64,000 nucleotides of DNA, from positions 62,001 to 126,000 of IMG/VR virus record IMGVR_UViG_3300019776_000324; one strand, given 5' to 3'. This document shows, one piece after another, positions 59,536-64,000 of the stretch (positions within the stretch are counted from its first letter, which is position 1; each line of letters begins with the position of its first letter). A program made the position numbers and the translations under genes. The notes beneath the pieces are model-generated. The model worked only from the letters and a program-made list of their open reading frames with translations. It was not told the DNA's origin and did not search any database.

Positions 59536-60159
59536 ATGGCAACAGCCTCATTAACAAAACTGACCGTACCGTTGGCTAACGATCAAAGCAACCCAACACA
59601 GGGTCTGCTGATGCCAAAGTTACAGTACCGCTTTCGCGTTACTTTTTTAGGTTTGGGTATTTCTCAACCTACAACAGAATTAACCAAGCAAGTAATGGAC
59701 TTTAACCGTCCACAGGTTACTTTTGAAAATATTGATCTTCCTATCTACAACAGTACAATTCGTTTAGCTGGTAAACACAGCTGGCAAGATATTAGCTGTA
59801 AAGTTCGTGATGATGCTGGCGGCAATGTAAGTCGTTTAGTTGGCGAACAATTACAGAAACAATTAGACTTTATGGAACAGTCAAGTGCTGCTTCTGGTAT
59901 TGACTATAAATTTACCACAGTGTTTGAAGTTCTTGACGGTGGTAACGGTGCCAATGCTCCTGTTGCATTAGAAACTTGGACAATTTATGGTTGCTATTTG
60001 CGTGATGTAAACTACGATGCTGCTAGTTATGCAAGTAACGAAGTAATGACAGTTACAATGAGTATTCGTTACGATAACGCACTACAAACAACTGACGGAG
60101 CCGATGTTGGTGTTGGCGCTACAATTCCATTAACAGTTAATAATGTAGCTACAGGCTAA
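59536..60159 (+). CDS. gp19: Tail tube protein
   Basis: PKLQYRFRV, LAGKHSW..I...RDD, ETW.IYGC....VNY, YDNA; follows the sheath gene. Confidence 0.92.
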   Translation: MATASLTKLTVPLANDQSNPTQGLLMPKLQYRFRVTFLGLGISQPTTELTKQVMDFNRPQVTFENIDLPIYNSTIRLAGKHSWQDISCKVRDDAGGNVSRLVGEQLQKQLDFMEQSSAASGIDYKFTTVFEVLDGGNGANAPVALETWTIYGCYLRDVNYDAASYASNEVMTVTMSIRYDNALQTTDGADVGVGATIPLTVNNVATG

Positions 60160-60167
60160 TACAGCCT

Positions 60168-61379
60168 ATGACACTGCAAGCCTTTCCTCCCGGCGAAGGA
60201 TTACGAGATTATACACACGCTTCTAAGACCTTTAGAAGCAACAACTATAATCTCGCCCCGCGAAATAAATTTTTATTTTATGTTTATTTTAATGTAAACT
60301 TAAACATACCGGCTCTGGCAAACTTATTTTCTGGTGGTAAATTATCTACTCTAGGACTGCTGGTTAAAACAGCACAACTACCTAGCTACGAAATTGATAC
60401 TACAACAATGAATCAATACAATCGTAAGCGATTGGTTCAAACCAAGATTAATTATAATCCAGCACAAATTGTATTCAATGACGATACCAGCGACCTAGTT
60501 CGTAACATGTGGTATCAATACTACCAATACTATTACAGCGATCCTACTTACAAATATGGTAATGTGCCTAATCAAAATGGCGCACTTGGGGTACTGAGTA
60601 GCCCGGTACCAATTATTGGAACAGGATACAATACCAACGATGTGTACAGTCCTAACCGTCAATGGGAACATTGGGGTCTTAGTGGCCAAGGATATAACAA
60701 TCCAACGCTTAACAGTTTATCAAGTTCTTTGCTAACTGGTCCTGCTAGCGGACAATTGCCATTCTTCAATGACATTACTATCTACGGCATGAGTCAAAAA
60801 ACTTTTGCTCAGTATACTATGATCAATCCGTTGATCACCAGCTGGCAACACGACACTTATGATTACAGCCAAGGTAATCAAGTTATGACAAATGTCATGA
60901 CTATCAAATATGAAGCAGTAAAATACTACTCTGGCAACATTGGCGGAGACACTCCAAGCGAAGCAGTACCAGGATTTGCAGATCCATCACATTACGACAC
61001 TACAAAGAGTCCAATTGCAGCTCCTGGCAGTACTTACATACCTCAAACAAATGTGCAAGACTTACAAGCATTAAACACTGGACAAAATACACTGCAAAAT
61101 GTTTTAGGAGCAGTAGGACAAGGTTTAGTTCCAACTGCTGCAGGATTCCTAGGATCAGCATTGGCTGGCCCAGCCGACAGCTTATCACAGAGAATGTTAT
61201 CTGCCTTTGCTCCTAACCTAGCTGGCGGAACACCCGAGGCATCTGGCCAGGCAGCTACATCCAGTGCTCCAACATCGCGAGGTGGATTCTTTTTCCCAAC
61301 ACCACCAGTTATTACAGCTAGCTATAATCCAGATGGCACAGTTAATGCCAATGATGCTAATTCGTATGGAGAAGGATAA
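60168..61379 (+). CDS. Tail-tube-like baseplate protein (gp19/gp54 paralogue)
   Basis: LVKTAQLPSY, NQYNRKR..QTKINY.P..I.F.DD, NP.ITSW.HD..DY. Confidence 0.7.
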   Translation: MTLQAFPPGEGLRDYTHASKTFRSNNYNLAPRNKFLFYVYFNVNLNIPALANLFSGGKLSTLGLLVKTAQLPSYEIDTTTMNQYNRKRLVQTKINYNPAQIVFNDDTSDLVRNMWYQYYQYYYSDPTYKYGNVPNQNGALGVLSSPVPIIGTGYNTNDVYSPNRQWEHWGLSGQGYNNPTLNSLSSSLLTGPASGQLPFFNDITIYGMSQKTFAQYTMINPLITSWQHDTYDYSQGNQVMTNVMTIKYEAVKYYSGNIGGDTPSEAVPGFADPSHYDTTKSPIAAPGSTYIPQTNVQDLQALNTGQNTLQNVLGAVGQGLVPTAAGFLGSALAGPADSLSQRMLSAFAPNLAGGTPEASGQAATSSAPTSRGGFFFPTPPVITASYNPDGTVNANDANSYGEG

Positions 61380-61738
61380 TGAGTTCAGTTAATGTAGCAA
61401 ATCCAAGCACGGATCTAACAGTTAGAATTTTTGATCAATTTTACAAGTATCAACAAAATGTTGATGCAGTTGAATATGATGCGGTGCTTAGTTATTTTAA
61501 ATCTATTTTTAAAAACAAGTCAGCAGCTGAAAATTTTACAGTATCAGTTTTCAGAATAGCTTTCCTATCAAAGATTCCGGTCATGGATCTGTTGCAACAG
61601 TTTCAAGGTCAAAGTGCTCCACAAATTACAGCCACTCTGGCATACTATTTAAATGGTATTCGTAGTCCGAGTACTTTGCTAGGATTAAATGTTCCAACAC
61701 AACCTAACTACTATGTAGCTAGGAACATCAAGGCCTAA
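61379..61738 (+). CDS. Hypothetical virion-module protein
   Basis: 119 aa, TAATG-coupled; YYLN..R..STLLG motif. Confidence 0.65.
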   Translation: MSSVNVANPSTDLTVRIFDQFYKYQQNVDAVEYDAVLSYFKSIFKNKSAAENFTVSVFRIAFLSKIPVMDLLQQFQGQSAPQITATLAYYLNGIRSPSTLLGLNVPTQPNYYVARNIKA

Positions 61739-61740
61739 TC

Positions 61741-62178
61741 GTGGCTAAATTTGCACAAGGCGCTTACACAGTAAAAAATGCAGCCAAATATGTAGGTCGT
61801 GGCGCTCCCCGTTATCGCAGTAGTTGGGAGTGGGCTTTTATGAATTTCTGTGACACCAACGAAAACATTGTGCAGTGGGCTAGCGAACCTGTGCGTATTC
61901 CTTATCGTCACCCTCTTACTGGCAAACACACTACCTATGTTCCTGATTTTATTGTAACTTATCGCGGACCCAACAATACAACTCGTGCAGAATTAATCGA
62001 AATCAAACCCAAAAGTCAAAGCATTATTGAAGATAAAATGAAGTCTAGAGATCGTGCTATTGTAGCAATTAACTACGCCAAGTGGGATGCTGCTCAAAAA
62101 TGGGCCAAAGCAAACGGGCTACACTTTAGAATTATCACCGAAGATCAAATCTTCCATCAAGGCGGCAAGAAAAAGTAG
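61741..62178 (+). CDS. gp4: Head completion nuclease (TnsA-like)
   Basis: YRSSWE..FM.FCD....I.QWASE...IPY, YVPDF, IEIKP, N.AKW.AA, F.IITE. Confidence 0.92.
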   Translation: MAKFAQGAYTVKNAAKYVGRGAPRYRSSWEWAFMNFCDTNENIVQWASEPVRIPYRHPLTGKHTTYVPDFIVTYRGPNNTTRAELIEIKPKSQSIIEDKMKSRDRAIVAINYAKWDAAQKWAKANGLHFRIITEDQIFHQGGKKK

Positions 62179-62204
62179 TCAATCCAAATGCCGCTAAATA
62201 TGGT

Positions 62205-62708
62205 ATGACAAAAAAATTAGAAGAAATTTTTGGTTTTAACGAGTTAGAAACAGAAGACACTGTGTCCGATGATGCTCCTAAAACCACGGAAGAAACTAAA
62301 ACAGCCATAGTAGAAATTGATGCTACTATTGATAAAATTGATGCAGCTCTACCAGCTATCCGTGACTTAGATGCTAGTGATAACGAGCTAGACGAAATAG
62401 CCGAAATGGCCAAAGAAAGCTACCAAAATTTATCAGATCTAGGATTCAATGTTGATAGTCGTTATGCTAGCGAGTTATTTGCTGTAGCAAGCACCATGCT
62501 TGGACATGCACTAACAGCCAAGACTACTAAACTAAACAAAAAATTAAAAATGCTTGATCTACAAATGAAAAAACTTAAATTGGATCAAGATGCGGCAAAA
62601 AATGCTCCAGAAGAGCCTCCTGTAGGCGAAGGACGAGTATTAAACACTATGAATCGCAATGAATTACTAGAACGCTTAATTGGGTCAAGAGACCAAAAAA
62701 ACAATTAA
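62205..62708 (+). CDS. gp16: Probable terminase small subunit
   Basis: MTKKLEE.F, helical core with F.VA..ML..A..AK, C-terminal RNELL; follows gp4. Confidence 0.65.
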   Translation: MTKKLEEIFGFNELETEDTVSDDAPKTTEETKTAIVEIDATIDKIDAALPAIRDLDASDNELDEIAEMAKESYQNLSDLGFNVDSRYASELFAVASTMLGHALTAKTTKLNKKLKMLDLQMKKLKLDQDAAKNAPEEPPVGEGRVLNTMNRNELLERLIGSRDQKNN

Positions 62709-62734
62709 GCATAAATATGATATAGGGAATTAAC

Positions 62735-63343
62735 ATGAAAAATTTTAAAGACTACCTCACCGAATCCGAGCGCACTTACAACTACAGAATTAAACTTGTA
62801 GGTGACATACCTTCTACTCTTATTAAAGATTTAGAAGGTAAACTAAAGCAATTTGACATTGTCAAGATTTCTGCTCCAAAGACTACACCAGTTCAAACTA
62901 ATCCTGCAGATTTTCCTGCATTTTCAAATGAGCGTGTAACACATGTGGATGTAGAATTCCGCTATCCAGCAATTGAACCACAAATTCAACAAATTGTACA
63001 ATTGTTAGGAGTTGATCCTAATTGTGTGCGTATGTTGACAACACCATACGAAGAAGGTATGAATGTTGAGCGTGACAAGATTGAAGATCAAAACAAAGAT
63101 TTGTTAGCTGATACAGATTACCCTGCACCAGATGCAGAACAAAAAGCTCTCAGCAAAGACTACTCAGCTGATCCATATCAGCATGCTGTATTGAAAAATG
63201 CTTACAAGAGTGACTTTACTGTAGCTGGTGGAAAGACACCTGCTGCACAAACAACAAACGATTTGCCAATGGGTAATACTAGTCCAATGACAAAGATGAC
63301 CCGCAAACCAAAACCAGCTACTGGTGCAAACCCAAAAGGATAA
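62735..63343 (+). CDS. Probable prohead/internal head protein
   Basis: MKNFKDYLTES start resembles the T4-type capsid-targeting / gp21 cleavage leader. Confidence 0.6.
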   Translation: MKNFKDYLTESERTYNYRIKLVGDIPSTLIKDLEGKLKQFDIVKISAPKTTPVQTNPADFPAFSNERVTHVDVEFRYPAIEPQIQQIVQLLGVDPNCVRMLTTPYEEGMNVERDKIEDQNKDLLADTDYPAPDAEQKALSKDYSADPYQHAVLKNAYKSDFTVAGGKTPAAQTTNDLPMGNTSPMTKMTRKPKPATGANPKG

Positions 63344-63347
63344 CAAA

Positions 63348-64000
63348 ATGAGTTTTTTTTACGACCTAAACAAAAGATTAGCCGCATTGGCTAGCAAGCA
63401 AGATCAGCAACTTACTGAAAGTAAGGCCGCTGTTGAAGAAAGCAAGTTCAGTAAACTTGCTAAAGAGATTGGTAAAAATCCAAAGGTTAAAAATCCTGCA
63501 GCAGTTGCAGCCACAATTGGTCGTGAAAAGGATGGTCAAAAGGCCATGACTGCCAAGGCAGTTGCTGGTAAGAAAAAAGCCAATGAAGAAGAATTAGATG
63601 AAGCTGGTTACTCTGCTAAAGCTGGCCGTGCTGGTAAAGACTTAGGCAAGCCAGGCAAGAACTTTGCTAAGATTGCCAAAGGTGCTGCTGAGCGTTATGG
63701 CTCTAAAGAAGCTGGCGAGCGAGTTGCAGGCGCAGTACTAAATAAACTCCGTCATCCAAAAGAAGACATTGCCGATGAAGGCAACGCATTCACAGGCCAA
63801 TTAGCTAAGACACCAAAAGGTGGCAAGTTCAAAGTAGGCAACAAAGAATTTACAGATACAAGTAGTATTGAAGAAAGTGCATGCCCAACATGCGACTGTG
63901 CTCCATGCAAGTGCAACGAAGGTAATGCATTTACCGGCGCATTGGCCAAGACACCAAAGGGTGGCAAGTTCAAAGTAGGCAACAAAGAATTTACAGACAA
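63348..64000 (+). CDS. Modular internal head protein, truncated at the window end
   Basis: Missing from the ORF track; hand translation MSFFYDLNKRLAALASKQDQQLTESKAAVEESKF...EELDEAGYSAKAGRAGKDLGKPGKNFAKIAK...EGNAFTGQLAKTPKGGKFKVGNKEFTD; AAGGA RBS. Confidence 0.75.
   Translation, partial: MSFFYDLNKRLAALASKQDQQLTESKAAVEESKFSKLAKEIGKNPKVKNPAAVAATIGREKDGQKAMTAKAVAGKKKANEEELDEAGYSAKAGRAGKDLGKPGKNFAKIAKGAAERYGSKEAGERVAGAVLNKLRHPKEDIADEGNAFTGQLAKTPKGGKFKVGNKEFTDTSSIEESACPTCDCAPCKCNEGNAFTGALAKTPKGGKFKVGNKEFTD
63777..63997 (+). repeat. ~80-bp direct repeat encoding EGNAFTG(Q/A)LAKTPKGGKFKVGNKEFTD twice
   Basis: Copies at about 63777-63856 and 63918-63997; 3' halves identical (ggtggcaagttcaaagtaggcaacaaagaatttacaga). 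Confidence 0.85.

Noticed and set aside
61741-62178. TnsA-like nuclease as evidence of a Tn7-like transposon
   Set aside because: Matches the T4 gp4 head-completion protein in normal context; no tnsB/tnsC or transposon ends
63752-64000. 82-aa minus-strand ORF
   Set aside because: Antisense to the + strand internal head protein starting at 63348
1-64000. Stop-codon reassignment as seen in some large phages
   Set aside because: Core genes are full length in code 11, and TAA, TAG and TGA all serve as stops

Overview
This 64 kb window comes from a large T4-like (myovirus-type) phage genome of roughly 40% GC that uses the standard genetic code. It holds most of the morphogenesis module. Baseplate genes (gp6, gp25, gp5, hub-like, gp53, gp48/54-like) lie on the minus strand at 1-11.3 kb. 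A gp55-gp47-gp46 block follows, with three radical SAM genes alternating among those genes, then a GIY-YIG nuclease and a ~440-nt densely structured non-coding tract. Next is a late operon with gp26/gp51-like chaperones joined by a perfect -1 slippery site, followed by a DUF1415 / ATE_C-like aminoacyltransferase / DUF6614 cassette. The rest comprises tape-measure-like, portal, protease, scaffold and major capsid genes; a Ser/Thr/Gly-rich fibre cluster bracketed by glycosyltransferase-like genes; neck, sheath, tube, head-completion and small terminase genes; and a truncated internal head protein. Late promoters (TAAATA/TAAGTA) and sigma70 promoters are visible, and many appear to drive leaderless mRNAs. 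I saw no tRNA, rRNA, CRISPR array, integrase or reverse transcriptase. The best candidates for new biology are the GIY-YIG gene plus structured RNA, the ATE_C-like cassette, the gp26/gp51 frameshift, the radical SAM set and a possible fibre-glycosylation system. All family assignments come from motif recognition by eye, not from database searches.
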